Assembly (NCBI GenBank): GCA_050613775.1
Contig: JBODTK010000014.1
Location: 806,001-870,000 of the forward strand
Reading direction: 5' to 3'
DNA: 64,000 bases
From: Neocallimastix sp. 'constans'
Taxonomy: Eukaryota
In this document: in pieces, positions 15,402-47,410 of the stretch
How the letters are laid out: each line of letters opens with the position of its first letter
Position numbering within the stretch: position 1 is the stretch's first letter
The notes under the pieces: model-generated
Databases searched by the model: none
The model's input: only the letters and a program-made list of their open reading frames with translations
What the model was told of the DNA's origin: nothing
Program-made: the position numbers and the translations under genes

Positions 15402-16430
15402 ATGAATGCTCCAGATCGTTTTGAACTTTTTGTATTAGGAGAAGGACAAAAAAAGTAAATACTGTCTTTTACGTATTTTTAGTTTTATTAAAAAAAAAAA
15501 AAAAAAAAAAAAACTATTATAATATTAATTTAATATATAATTAATATTATGATATTTTTTTTTGTACTTCAAAGTGGTTTCATATGAAAATTTTTATAAT
15601 AAATTCAAATTTCAACAAAATAAAAATAATAGAATATTATTATTGCTGTTTCATTAAATTATAATAATTTTTATTTTTATTTTAATATATCATTAAAAAA
15701 AAATATATATATAAATTGTTGATTTAAATGTATTGAATAATAAAATTGTTAATTATATATATATTAAAATTTGAAATTATTTTTATAAAATATAGATTAA
15801 CTATTACTCCAGATACTAAATTACCTAATGCTGCAACTTTTACTCTTCAAAAGGAAGATCATACTATTGGAAATATGCTTAGAATGTAAATAATATATAA
15901 ATAATTTAATATAATTTTCAAGTATTTTATTATAAAGAAATCTACATTTTGAAATTAGAAATTTATTTTTTAGATTTAATATTATAGATGGCATTTACTA
16001 ATATATTACTAATATATATATTTATATATAATTGATATTACTATTAAAAATTATTAAAAAAAATTGTTATATAAAGGCAATTATTAAAATATAAAGAGGT
16101 TTTATTTGCAGGTTATAAAGTTCCACATCCATTGGAACATTGTGTTGTACGTTAATATATTTATAAAGAAATTTTCTTTGCTAATACTAAATTATTTATT
16201 AAAAATAATTATTTTTCTATGATTACTGTAATTTATTAAGCTTTTATTTTTTTTTCTTCTAAATACCATAAAAAATAATAAAATAAATAGATTTTAAAAA
16301 TTCAAACAACACCAAATACTACACCAGAAAATATGTTAATGAGAGCATTTGATGATTTATATAAAGAATTTGGTACCATAAAGACTAAATTTGAAGTAAA
16401 TAAGCTATATATATATATATATTTATTTCT

Positions 16431-16472
<42 letters not shown>

Positions 16473-16678
16473 CAATATTTTAAAAATATTAATATTAGAA
16501 AAAGACATATATTAATATATTTATCTATATTTTATTATTTTTCAAAAAAAAAAAAAAAAAAAAAAATTAATTAAAGAACGAATTTACATTACATGATATT
16601 AATGATGATAATTCACTTAGAAATGTTGGTGGTTCAAGTTCAGATAGAATGTATGGAAATGTCGAAATTAACTTTTAG
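15402..16678 (+). CDS. RPB11: RNA polymerase II subunit RPB11; 5 exons (15402-15454, 15796-15885, 16077-16146, 16291-16395, 16577-16678)
   Basis: Spliced protein [18 protein letters not shown]...[42 protein letters not shown], the RPB11 signature. All introns are GT-AG. Confidence 0.97.
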
Positions 16679-17626
16679 TTTTGAAAGGATAATATTTTTT
16701 ATTAGAATCAAAATTGATTACATTATTTAAATTTTTATATTACTTTAAAAAAATATGAGGGAAATACATCATATCTTTTTGTAATAAAATTCAATAGGGA
16801 TAAAGAAAGTTGAATTTTCAACCAAAAACAGACAAATAAAAAAAAAAAAAAAAAAGTGAAAGAATCCCAATATATAATTTATTTTATAATAAATTAAGAA
16901 TTTCAAAAAAGTGAATTCTTTATTTAAAGTTCATAATTATTAATATTAAAATAATTTTACAACAAATTAATTTAATTATTTTTTTTATTTTAAACTGTTT
17001 ATTTAAAATTAATATAACATTTTTTTTAAAGAGAAATATATATATGTATAAAAATAAAATATTTCATAAATATTTATATTAAAAAATTAATATTATAATT
17101 TCTATTTTTATTTCCTTGTCAAGTGTATAATTTTTATCGTAATTTTAATTTTATTTAATTTAAATTTAAATGGTTGCTATTATTAAAATTACTATTATTA
17201 AATTATTATTAATCTTTATATTAGTGTTAACCTTTAAATTACTATTATTATTAGTATTATTATTTATGATATGATAGTAATTTTTCATTATTGTAATCAT
17301 TTATGATATTATTATTTTCATTGTTGTTAATATTCATAATATTGTGAGTAATTACATTATTATTATTTCAATTATTATTATTGTTTATGGTATTATTATT
17401 ATTATTATTATTATTATCAATTCAATTATTATTTATTATATTATTAATATTTCTTCATATTGACTTTGGATGATTATTAGACTTTAAATATTTTAGATTT
17501 GTTATACATATGATAATGTCTATAAATTATTATTTAATATTTAATATTATTAAAAATTATAAATTTTTATTACGAATTTTTAATATTTTATTTCTAATTA
17601 TTTTTTTTTTTAATTAAAGTATTTAA

Positions 17627-17677
<51 letters not shown>

Positions 17678-18639
17678 GTAAATAAATAAGTAAATAAATA
17701 ATATAATGTATATATAAATATTTTATTATTATATTTAAAATTTTTTATATTTATTTTTTTTACTCTTAATATATAAATACTTTATATATATTAAATTATA
17801 TTTCAATATACGAATATCATTGTCCGTCCATTAACAATATCATTGGTAAATTTTTAATTATTTAAAAATGGAAAAAATGAAAAAAATTGATAATAATAAA
17901 GAGGTAAAAAAAAAAAAAAAAAGAAAAAAGAGGAACATTTCAAAATAATAATAAAAGTTACAACAAGAAAAGAAAAGAAATAAAAAGAAATATTTCAAAA
18001 ATAATAATAAAGCTATAATTTTTTTTTCTTAAACAATTTTACATATTATATATCATTTAAATATTTTCATATCGTTTATAAAAATTAATAAAATAATTTT
18101 TTTTCTAAAAATAATTATTATTACTGTACATCATAAAATATACTATTTTTTTTTATTATATTTTTTTATTCCTTTTTTTTTTTCTTTTAATTTATAAATA
18201 TTTTTTATAAATTGTACATTTTAATTTCTTATTTATATATATTATATTACATTAACATTATCTATTTAAATTTACTTTTATTATGTGATTATTAAAAATA
18301 AAATATTTTATTATTGTTAATATTCATATATAAAAGAGTTAAATGTAATATTTATTAATAAAATATACCTTTTTATACTTGTAAAATTTAAATTTCGAAA
18401 AAAGTTTTAACTAATAGAAATTTCAAATAAAAAAAAAATTATATATAAATATATATATATATATAATAATATAAATATATATAAATATATATAATAATAT
18501 AAATATATATAAATATATATACGATATTTTAAATAATAAATGTTCAAAAATATTTTTAATAATAACTATAGTGACAGTAACAATATTACTTTTATAATTT
18601 AATTTAATATTACAAATAATTATCCTGATATTAAAATAA

Positions 18640-28069
<9,430 letters not shown>

Positions 28070-28311
28070 ATGAGGAAAAAAAAAACTAAAATAAAATAAA
28101 ATAAAAAAAAAAAAATAAAAAAAAAAAAAATACATTATATTGTATATATAAAGTTTTTTTTTTTATTTTTTATTTTTTATTTTTTATTTTTTTTTAATTC
28201 ATTTAATCAATTTTATATATATATATATATAAAATATAAAATATTTATTTACATTGAATTCTTTATAATTTTTATTCTTTATAATTTTTATTCTTTATAA
28301 TTTTTATTATA

Positions 28312-28351
<40 letters not shown>

Positions 28352-28994
28352 TAATTATTTAAATTATTATTATTTACAGATGAAATTTTTTTTTTTTAAT
28401 TATTTTTTCCTCTTTCTATTATACTATATAATTTTAATAATATATAATACATTTTTTTTTTTTTTTAAAAAAAAAAATAATAATAAAAAAAAAAAAAAAG
28501 ATAATAGTAAAAATAAAATAAAAACGATAAAAATAAATATATAAATATATAAATAAATAAAATAAAAAAAAAAAAAAAAAAAAAAAATTGATTAAAAAAC
28601 ATACAAATATTACAAACAAATAACTAAAAAAAAAAAAAAACATTTATTAATTTTTTTAAATGATTTATTTAATTTTTAATTTTATATTTTTTTTAAATTG
28701 TAGTTTATATTTTATAGTTTATATATTTTGTATTTTGTATATATATGTATATAAATTGATTTATATATTTTATAAATTATTATTATTATTATTATTATTA
28801 GTATTAATTTTTATTTTTATTAATTTTTTTTTTTTAAAAAATATTTATTATTATGTATTTTTATTATTTTAATATCATTTACTTTTTTATTTTTATTTTT
28901 ATTTTTATTTTTCTTTATTTTTTTTTATTCTTTTTTTTTTTTTTTTTCTTTTTCTTCTTCTTTTTTTTTATTTCTATTCATTTATTTATTTATC

Positions 28995-29036
<42 letters not shown>

Positions 29037-29051
29037 TTTTTTATTTTTTTT

Positions 29052-32352
<3,301 letters not shown>

Positions 32353-33445
32353 TTTTTTTTTTTTTTTTAATATATTATAAAATAAAATTAAAAATCTAAA
32401 TGAAATATTAACAGATAGATAAGGTCTATAAATAAATGATATAGCCTAAAAGGTTATGAGAAGTTAGTGGTTTATTTAAATATTTTAATTAATTTAAAAT
32501 TTACTATTTCTGCTATTAATTATTCCTATTGAAAAAATATCTATTAATTGTATTATATTATTCTTAATAGTTATTAATATATTTATATATTTCTATTATT
32601 ATTTATTATTTATTTATAATTTATTTATAATTTATTTCTATTATTATTTATTTATTTATATTTTATTTATTTATTTATTTATAATTTATTTATTTATATC
32701 TATTATTTATTATTTATTTATATTTTATTTATAATTTATTTATTTATTTATAATTTATTTATTTATTTATTTATAATTTATATATTTATATCTATTATTT
32801 ATTATTTATTTATATTTTATTTATTTATTTATATTTATTTATTATTCAATTATTCAATTATTTATTATTTATTATTTATTATATATTTATATTTTATTTA
32901 TTTATTTATATTTATTTATTATTCAATTATTCAATTATTTATTATTTATTATTTATTATATATTTATATTTTATTTATTTATTTATATTTATTTATTATT
33001 CAATTATTCAATTATTTATTATTTATTATTTATTATTTATTTATTTTTAATTATTTATTATTCAATTATTCTTTTTTTCTTAAAATGTTTTAATTTATTT
33101 ATTAAAAATAAAAAATAATTTTCATAATAATTAAAATTAGTCCCATCTTCGATCAATTTTATTGATTTTTTTTTTTTTATAAATTTATATGAAATATATT
33201 CCTATTTTATTAATAAAATAATAATATGTATATAGTAATAAGATAAAAAATAAGAACATCTATTGACGGATTATTATTGCATTTATTATATAAATAAAAA
33301 TTAAAATGTAGTATTTAGTTCTATTCTATTTTAAAGTCTTTTTTAAATTTTTTTTTTCTGTAGTAAAACATATAAAGAATTTATTATTATAACTGTTAAT
33401 ACTTTTCCATTAAATTATTTTTCTTTCTTTCTTTCTTTCTTTCTC

Positions 33446-33480
<35 letters not shown>

Positions 33481-34748
33481 TACTTTTTAATAAGAATTAA
33501 AGAAAAAAAAGTTAACAATTTAAATTTAAAATAAGGTAAAAAATATTCTTGATTCGATAAAAATTATAGTAAATTACTGGTTAAAAAAAAAAAAAAGATT
33601 AAATAAAAAAAAATTTTTTATTTTAAAATTTGGATGAACATCTAAACCATAAAAAAAATGATTATTTTAAATTACTCAATTAATATTTATTTATTGTTTT
33701 TTTATTATTATTATTATTATATTATTATTATTTATTATTTATTATTATTATTATTATTACATAAATTATTTAGTTTTTATGAATAATACATTTTATAAAT
33801 TTTTATTATCATTATTTATTACTATTAATTATTATTATTTATTATTTATTATTTATTATTTTTTTATTTCTCGTTACATTCTATAACGATTATATTAATA
33901 AAGTATTTAAAGAAAAAAATATAATAAATTATAATTTTTTTTTTTAATTTGTAAATCAATAATTAGTTAATATTAATAATAAAAAAAACATCAATAACAA
34001 AACAAAAGGGATGTATTTAACTTATTTTTATTCATGCTATATGATATAAATTATAAAATATACAATCTTTAAAAAAATTTAAAAAAAAAGTATTTATAAA
34101 AATAATATTTTATAATAGATTAAACAAGAAAAATTATTAATATAGATAATAATAGTACAATAATAGTATATTAATTAAAACACTCTTTCAATTTGAATTA
34201 TTTTATTTTATTTTATTTTATTTTTTTTATTTCTTAAAAATTGATTTATCATATATATGATATAAATATCATATAAATTAGTGAATAGTAATTTAATTTT
34301 GCTTTTGGAATTAGCTGATGAATAATTGAAACAATTTAAAATTATTAAGATTAAAATATTATTATTTAAATTTATTATTAATGTTTAATGTTAGAAAAAA
34401 AATAAAATAAAATAAAAATAAAATAAAATATTATATGATAAATATTTAAATAGAAAAACATGAATAGACTTTTTCAATTTAAATAAAGCAAACTTTAAAT
34501 ATTAATTAATTATCACTTTTGTATTTTTTTTGGAAAAACTGTTAAAAAAAATAAGTAAATAAATAAAAACAATTTAAAATATCTATAAAATATTAACAAC
34601 AAAAATAATAATAATACTAACAACAAATAATAATAATAATAATAATTAATAAATAATAAATAATAATAATAATAATTAATAAATAATAAATAATAATAAT
34701 AATAATTAATAAATAATAAATAATAATAATAATAATTAATAATTAATA

Positions 34749-34796
<48 letters not shown>

Positions 34797-35530
34797 TATA
34801 ATAATAATAATTATAATAATAATTTTTTATAACTATCATAAAGTAATCATTTAAATAAATAAATAAATAGTGTTAAATATTAAATATTTGGAGAGAAATT
34901 TTATTATTATAATTAATTTTAATATAATTTTAAATATATTTTATTATTATTAATGTTTTTTTTTTTTTATCATTGCACATATAAATATTAATTAAATTCT
35001 TATACAATAAAAGTACTTTTCTTATCTTTTCTTTTTTTTTTTATTTTATTTTATTTTATAGAGAATAAAATTTACAATAAAGTAATCAGTAATAAAGAAA
35101 ATATGCTTTTTATTTTATTTATTTACCATTATTATTATTATTATTATTATTGTTATTATTTTATAAAAGAGACCCTTTTTATTATATTAAAAAAAAAAAA
35201 AAAAAATTAAAGAAATTAAAGTTTCGTAATGTTTACAATACTTTTCTGGTAACATAAAATAAAATAAAATAAATCAAAACAAAACCAAAAAAAAAAAAAA
35301 AAAAAAAAAAAAAGACAATAAAAGAAAAGTAAAAAAAAAGATAAAATAATATAAAAAATATAAAAATATATTTATTTATTTTTTTTTTTTTTTTTTGGTT
35401 TAAATCAATATATTTCTTATTTAATATCAATAAGTATATATGGGAAATCAATTTTCATTTTTGTATTGGTGATATATTATTATTAATCAATATATCAATA
35501 TTCAAAAAAAAAAAATTTTTTTTTTTACTT

Positions 35531-35567
<37 letters not shown>

Positions 35568-35790
35568 GGAGGAACATATATATATATATATACAGGACTT
35601 TAAAGAAATACCTATAATTCTATTATATATTATTGAGAATAAAAAATAAATAAATAAATAAATATATATATATTGAACAAAAAACAACAACCACTAAAAA
35701 AAAATAAGCCAACATAATATAAAAAAAGGAAAAGAAAATTATTAGAAAAGTAAAAATTATAAAAAATAAAAAGAAGAAAAAATCAAATCA

Positions 35791-37836
<2,046 letters not shown>

Positions 37837-38280
37837 AAATAATAAAAAAAAATAAAAAAATAAAAAAAAAAGGTCAATAGTACATCAAATACACCGTTGG
37901 TACTTTTTCATTATATATATCCATAAAAGAAGAAAGAGAATAAATCAAAAGAACCGATTTTTTAATTACTCTTTTATATATATATTCTATATTTTTATTT
38001 TTATTGACGAACAGTTGGATAAAAAAAAATTTCTATCATAATTTTTTTTTATATTAAAGCAATACCATTTAAAATATAAAAATGCTAACTAAGAAGAAAA
38101 AAAAAAGTATCAAATTATTAAGAAACAATGAAATATAAATATATAAATATACTAAATATACCTTGATTATTTGATAGAACGAGTTTCAAAGAAATATAAA
38201 AATCATAAAATTTTCTTTTATCATCATTTCAATTCATTTCAATTCATTCCAAATTCCAAATTCCAATTCCAATTCCAATT

Positions 38281-38323
<43 letters not shown>

Positions 38324-39474
38324 ATTTTTTACTATAAATAGAAAAATACAACTATTAGTTATGAATTCATATTATTTTATTTACTTTAAGAAAAATAAGT
38401 TAAAAAAAAAAAATAAAAAAATAAATTAAAATAAAAAGATTACATGTACAAGCAACATTACCTATACAATTCCGTAATCATCAATCAATAATAATAATAA
38501 AAAAAAAAAAAAAAACATTCTATTTATAATATTGAAAACAATCTTAAGAAATACTACGTTAACAACATCATCATTCATAAAATAATTTTTCATAAAATTT
38601 TATTTTTTATTTTTTTTTTTCTAATTAATATTATTATTATTTTCTTTTTAATTTGTTACATTATAATTTTACAAATAAGTACAGTAATCTATTTCAGAAA
38701 TACATAGAGCATATTACAAACATTGATATGAATTTTTTTTTTTAATATATATAAAAATATTTTTTTAATAGATTTTTACTATCCTTTTATTTTTTTTCTT
38801 AAATTCATTTAAGATTTTATTATTATTATATATACATAAATATATATATATATTATTATTATTTTTTTTTTAAAACACCAAAAAAAAGAAAAAAAAAAAA
38901 AAAAAATAAATAAATAAATAAAAAAATAAAATAATATATATATATAAAGAATAAAGAATACAAAGAAAGAAAAATGTATTAATAATAAATATAAACATTA
39001 ATTATATTATTTCATTACCTATTACCTCATATAATACATTAAATATTATAAAAAAATAATAAATAATAAATAAAACACTAAATTAAAAAAAAATATATAT
39101 ATATATATATTTAATAACTTTCATAATGATTTTTATATAAAATGAGTATTTTTAATATAAAATTTTTAATTTTTATTTATAACTGTTAATTTTATTCAAT
39201 TTTTTTTTTTCTTTTCTTTTTTTTTTTTTTTTATTAACCTTTTAGTATTTATCATTATTATAGTTATTTATTCCATATCATCAAAAACCATATAATAACT
39301 ACTACATTAAAATTACTAAAGTCATCATTATTCATTAAATAATTTTTCTTTAAATTCTGAATTTTTTTTTAATTTATTATATAATAATTTTTCAAATAAA
39401 TAGATTATTTTATTTTAAAAATGCATAAAATATACTATAAATATTATAAAGATTTCTCTCTCTTTTTTTTTTTT

Positions 39475-39506
<32 letters not shown>

Positions 39507-39542
39507 ATTATTTTTAATAGATTTTTTTTTTTATCTTGTTTT

Positions 39543-41447
<1,905 letters not shown>

Positions 41448-41510
41448 AATGTCTAAAATAAAATTAATTTTTTTTTTTTGAATTTCCAATTATTAGTATT
41501 ATAATTTAAG

Positions 41511-41552
<42 letters not shown>

Positions 41553-41786
41553 GTGTGTGGATAATTATTAAAAAATAAAAACAATAATAATAAGCAGCAT
41601 CCATTGAAAAAAAAAAATTTATGATAATTATTAAATATTATAATAATATTATTGATATATAATTTTAATTTCAAAAAATGACATATTTGTTACATTTTAA
41701 AATTTTATTAAAGATAATTGTTAGTTCATTTTCATATTTAGAATAAAAGCATTGTTTTAAGAAATTATAATTTAAAAAAATTATTT

Positions 41787-41819
<33 letters not shown>

Positions 41820-43403
41820 AAATATTAGTAAATTTAAATAATGTAATTTATCTTTTTATTGTAGTAATTACTATATTTATTTTTATAAATTTTTATAATA
41901 ATACTTTATCGAAATTTACATTTTTTATGATTTAAAAAAGAAAAAAAAAGAATTACATATAACATAATTTTTAAAATTTAATTTATATTATTTTACATTT
42001 TTATTTTTTGTTTTATTAATTATTAATTCCTTAATTTAATTATTTATTTAATTATTTATTTAATTATTTAATTAATTAATTATTTATTTAATTATTTAAT
42101 TAATTATTTAATTATTTATTATAATCATTTACTTATTTATTAATATATTATTTATTTATTTATTATTTATTCATACATTAAAATTTAATTTTATTTAAAT
42201 ATATTCCAATATATATGTCATATATTAATTAATTTAATTATATTATTTAATTGTTACATATATAAATAAATAAATAATTTTTGAAAATGTAAAAAAAAGA
42301 AAAGAAAAAAAAAAAGTTTAAATAAAATTTAAATAATGAAAATATTGAAAATATTTAATGAAATACTTTTTCTTTCTTTTATACTTTTTTCCTATTTTTA
42401 ACCAATCATTTTTTAAAGATTTGTAAAAATTTACCCAAAAAAAATTTTTTTTTTGTTTTGGAATTTCAGGCTAAAATATAGCAAAAGAAAAAAAAGCAAT
42501 AATTTTATTATTTTTTTTTTTTTTTTTACACTTTACAATTTCAAAAAAAAAAAAAAAAAAAAAAAAATTATATTTTTTTTAAAAGGTAATGAAATAATAT
42601 AATACCAAAATTTTGAATTATAATGAATAACATTTATTAAAAAAATGGATGAAAGAAAAAAAAAAAAAAAAAATAAAAATAGAAATAAAAATGGAATGGA
42701 AATTGTTAAATATTATTATTATCAAATTTTAACTTTCAAAATGAAATGAAATCAATTGATTTTGGATTCATAATTAATTAATTAATGTCAAATCATATTT
42801 TAAAAGAATTTATTATATATTAATTATGAAATGAGGAAGATAAAATTAGATTGAATGATATATATTAACAACTAATAAAGTTTATTTTAACAAATAATGA
42901 AATTTCAATATATAATATATAAGTTTTTATACATTTAAAGTCAATATCGAAAACACTACGTAAACAATATATTTGAAATAAAGTCAAATAAACTCTTTAA
43001 ATAATAATATTACAATAAATGAAGCAATATTTTATTTGTTATTAAAGCCAATTGTTTAGCTTTTTTTTTTTTTTTTTAATTTTTAATTTTTAATTTTTAA
43101 TTTTTAATTTTTTATTATTATTTTTATATTATAAAAATCATATAAAGTTATAATTATCATTTTGAATAAAAAGTAATTTTTATTAATAACGAAATTTTTT
43201 TTGTAATAAACAATTAATAAATTAACCATTTATTATATATATATATACATATATTTATTTTATTTATATTTTATTTTTATTTTATTTTTATTTATAAATT
43301 ATTATAAATATTGAATTTCGAAAATCAAATAAATAAATAAATAAATACAAATGAAAAAAAAAAAATAAAAAAAAAATAGAATTATATATATATACATAAA
43401 AGA

Positions 43404-43580
43404 ATGTTCGGTCCACAATACTCAGCTGCTCAACGTAGATACATTCCAGATCCAGATCCAACTTTCTCCGAAAAAGTTAGAGGTCAAATGGCTGATCCAG
43501 AAACTAGAAAATTACTTTTCAATGTTGCCTTCTTTGTTGGTGCTATTTTTGTTATTAACAATGTTCATAAATACTTATAA
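43404..43580 (+). CDS. TOM6: 58-aa single-TM microprotein, Tom6-like small subunit of the TOM complex
   Basis: MFGPQYSAAQRRYIPDPDPTFSEKVRGQMADPETRKLLFNVAFFVGAIFVINNVHKYL. It is a GC-rich island using TTC/TAC/CCA/GCT codons. RKLLFNVAFFVGAIFVINN resembles the Tom6 TM segment (yeast IALNGAFFVAGVAFIQS, human RNLILNLGLFAAGVWLARN, recalled). Confidence 0.7.
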   Translation: MFGPQYSAAQRRYIPDPDPTFSEKVRGQMADPETRKLLFNVAFFVGAIFVINNVHKYL

Positions 43581-44213
43581 GTTATCTAATTGAAAATACT
43601 AGTAATTTTTTATAAAACAAAACAAAACAAAACAAAAAAAAAAAAATAGAAATCTTAAATCTTAAATCATTATTATAAATTATAATAAAATATAAAATAA
43701 AGTTAACGAACAAATGAAAGACAATAAATCATTTTATATTAAAAAAAATATACATATATATAAATATATATATTATATATAAATAATAATAATATTATTA
43801 TAAAAAAAAAAAAAAAAAAAATAAAATAAAAAATTAAAAAAATAAGATAAAAAAAAGTCATTATGATTATTTCTATAAATCTTTTAATCTTTTAATATCT
43901 TAGATATATTTAATTTTTAATCTTATTTAATGAAACAGTATAATATTCATTTACTGATTATTTTATCTAAATTTGAGATGAACTAATCAAAATCATAGTC
44001 ATAATAATTAAACTATACATTTTAAAAAATAAATTTTAAATTTAATATAAATTTAACATTTAATTTTAGTAAATCTATAATATTGAAAATAATGCTAATT
44101 AAAATGAAATATTGAAGTGAATGAAATACATTTCAAATTTGCTCATAGTTAATTATGAAATATCTTTAAAGTTTTATTAGTAAACTTATTTAATAGAATA
44201 TAATTTTTTCAAT

Positions 44214-44244
<31 letters not shown>

Positions 44245-44289
44245 TCATTTTGAATAGTTATAATTAAACTGCTAAATTATATAAGTTAT

Positions 44290-44292
<3 letters not shown>

Positions 44293-44324
<32 letters not shown>

Positions 44325-44590
44325 GTATAAAGTTTTGTTTCTTTATTTCTGGTGTGTATCGCCCTCGGTTTCAGCCTCCCCCCCCCCCTCCTCAGGAGCA
44401 ATGGGAATATTGAGGTAGGTACACAGTTCCTTTTTATAAAGGCAGAATGGTCCCTAAGGGACGACCTTAACTGACTTTTTTTTTTTTTTTTTTCAGCATT
44501 GATGCTCTGACATACATATTATTGCTGAGAATTTTACTAGTATTACTTCTCCAAGGGTTTCTTCAGTTCTTAATTTCCCTTTGAAGCGAA
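44293..44590 (-). mobile_element. 3' end of retroelement family A (copy 2) with poly(A) tail
   Basis: Reverse complement aligns with 11715-11945. The T-run at about 44293-44323 is the poly(A) tail on the minus strand. Confidence 0.65.
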
Positions 44591-44600
44591 GGCGAATCTA

Positions 44601-44924
44601 GTGCGTTTCGCAATCGTGCATTTCACAATGTGGGATGTGGCGTATTTTTTTAATAATCGAATAAATAATAATTTAATAAATATTCTTTTTTTTATATATA
44701 TAGTTTATTAATATTCAATTATAAAACTAATTTTTTATAATTCTTTTTTAATAGAATATATTATTATTTCTTTGGAAATAGTTATTTAATAATATTTAAT
44801 TGAAAAAAATATATTATTACTTCTTTTAAAATAATAATTATTTATATATTTGTTTATGATGGTAATATTTTAAAAATGTATGGCTTTATTTAAAAATTTT
44901 ATACGCCACATTGCGAAATGCACC
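44601..44924. mobile_element. MITE-like element with terminal inverted repeats
   Basis: Left end GTGCGTTTCGCAATCGTGCATTTCACAATGTGGGATGTGGCGTAT. Right end ATACGCCACATTGCGAAATGCAC (reverse complement GTGCATTTCGCAATGTGGCGTAT). TA lies next to both ends and the interior is AT-rich. Confidence 0.7.
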
Positions 44925-45438
44925 TATAAGAAATATTAATATCTATTTTTTGTATGATGAATTATTTCATTAGATAAGCAGATTCTTATTTATTTATTTA
45001 TTTTTTCTGCTTTTGGTTTTATAATGTTATTTTATGGTCTACTTTATTTTATGGTCTATTTTATGAAAAATATATATATACATATCATAATAATAATAAT
45101 TAAATAAAGTATAAAAAATTTAAACTTTTTTTTTTTTTTCTCCAATCTATTTATTTAAATAAATAAATAAAAATAACACCAGTAAATATAAATACAATAA
45201 CTTTTCTTTTTTTTTTTTTTTATAAAAAAAAAAATAATAAAAAAAAAATTGTTGAATGATAATAATAAAAAACTTGTGTTATTGATATTTTATTTGAATT
45301 CTATCTATTAATTGTCTATTATTATTGTTATTATTATTATTATTATTATTTTTTCTTATCTTCTATATATATATTTTTATGTATTCTTAAAAGTAAAATA
45401 TTTATTAATATATATTATTTGTAGTATATATATATATA

Positions 45439-45489
<51 letters not shown>

Positions 45490-45563
45490 AAAAAAAAAAT
45501 TATTATATAATGAATATATTTTCATTTAAGGCTATATCTATAAAATTTTATAAATATATGTAT

Positions 45564-45606
<43 letters not shown>

Positions 45607-45671
45607 TTATTTATTTATTAAAATAATAGTATTATACTATTATAACTTTAATTTATTTCTTCCTTTTTTTT

Positions 45672-45703
<32 letters not shown>

Positions 45704-46271
45704 TTTAATGAGTAAAATATAATAAATATATTATATTTTAATCTATCTAATATGAAAAAAATGAAGATAATTTTTTTTTTTTTTTTTTTTTTTTAAAAAT
45801 AATAACAAAAGAAAATAAATAATACATAATATATATAGAGAGAAGATAAATAAAAAAAAAAAAAATAGAAATAAAAGATTTTGATATATTAACAAATAAT
45901 ATTATTATTTTAATGTTTGATATAAATATTATAAATCAATAAAAAATAATTATGAAAGGAAAATTTATATTAGTTTATCTTTTTTTCTTATTTTTGTAAC
46001 TTTATAATAATGTTTTTTGTTACATTTACTATTTTTTTTTTTTTTTTTTTTTTTTTTTATTTTTCTATGAATTGAGGATTTTAAATATTGAAAATTCTAT
46101 GATTTTTTATTTGCTTATTTTGAATTGATTTATATATAGTTTTTTTTTTTTTTTTTTTTTTTTTTAGAAAAAAAAAATAATAATAAAAAAACAAAGATTT
46201 ATACATCTATAATTTTAATAGTATATATTATTATAAAAATAATCACTTTTATAAAATGATTAAGTGATTAA

Positions 46272-47410
46272 TTAAAATAATAACATAATCATAAGTTGAG
46301 CAATAATAAATATGAAAGAGATTACTTTTGATAAAGCAAAGGCTTCAGCTTCTTCATCTAATATTGCAGCCTAAAAATTAAAAGTTAAAAATAATAATTA
46401 TAAAAAAAAAAAAAAAAAAAAAAAGAAAATAAATATATAAGTTCATGATTTATTTATTTTTATATAAATAAAAAAATTAATAATATTTTAAATTTTAATA
46501 GAATAAGGGATAATTCTTAATAAGTAAATAAAAGAAAAAAAAAATATATATATATATATATTTATAATATATAAATTAAAATTATATTCAGATATATAAA
46601 GAGTGTTTTTACCTTACGAGCTGATTGAAATGACTTCTTTTGAATAGAAGCTTCATGATTAGAAATTAATTCACTTACACCGATGTTATATCTTTCGAAA
46701 AATTCGGTAGCATCAGCATCACCATTAGCTTGTTTAGCAGAAATAAGCATACTATAGCCAGTACCAATATAATTTAAACATTGGGAAAGATTTATTTTTG
46801 AATATTCTTCAAAATCTACGATATTAGATGGATCATTATTTTCAAATTGGAAGACTAAAAGCTGAAGTTCACTATCAATCCAATTCATACAATCTGCTCC
46901 AGATAATATTGGAAGTCTTGTTGGTAAGGATTCCTCTGGAAGAACTGTCAATCCAAGGATATGCTTTATAACTGTTTCAGACTGAGCTTTTTTATCATCT
47001 TCTGTCATATATTGATAACGAGATAAGATATCAACTACATATTTTAAGGAATTATCAATAGCACCGAAGTGATTACTGATTGTTTGTCTATTTTCATTAA
47101 CTCTTTTTTCTAAAGCCTTATATTCATTTTGGTCAACTTTGCCTTTTGGATTGTATGGGAAAGCACCGAAATTACGAATTTTCTCCATATTAAGTTGTAA
47201 ATCATTTATAAATTTATAACGACTATCAATATCATTTTCTGTTGAATTTAAATAAACCGAGAAAAGAGTAGCTGGTGGAGAAGTGAGTGAATTAAATTCA
47301 TCTAGTGTTTTTTTTAATTCAGTATATTCTTCTAATTCCTTAAAGGCATATATTGAAGTAATAAATGTAAATACACTAAATAAAAATAAAAAATTAACTT
47401 TTCCCAACAT
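46272..47410 (-). CDS. 298-aa secreted protein with a C-terminal hydrophobic tail (GPI-anchored or membrane-anchored), unknown family; 2 exons (47410-46613, 46370-46272)
   Basis: Signal peptide MLGKVNFLFLFSVFTFITSIYA. A GT-AG intron adds AAILDEEAEAFALSKVISFIFIIAQLMIMLLF*. Confidence 0.85.
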
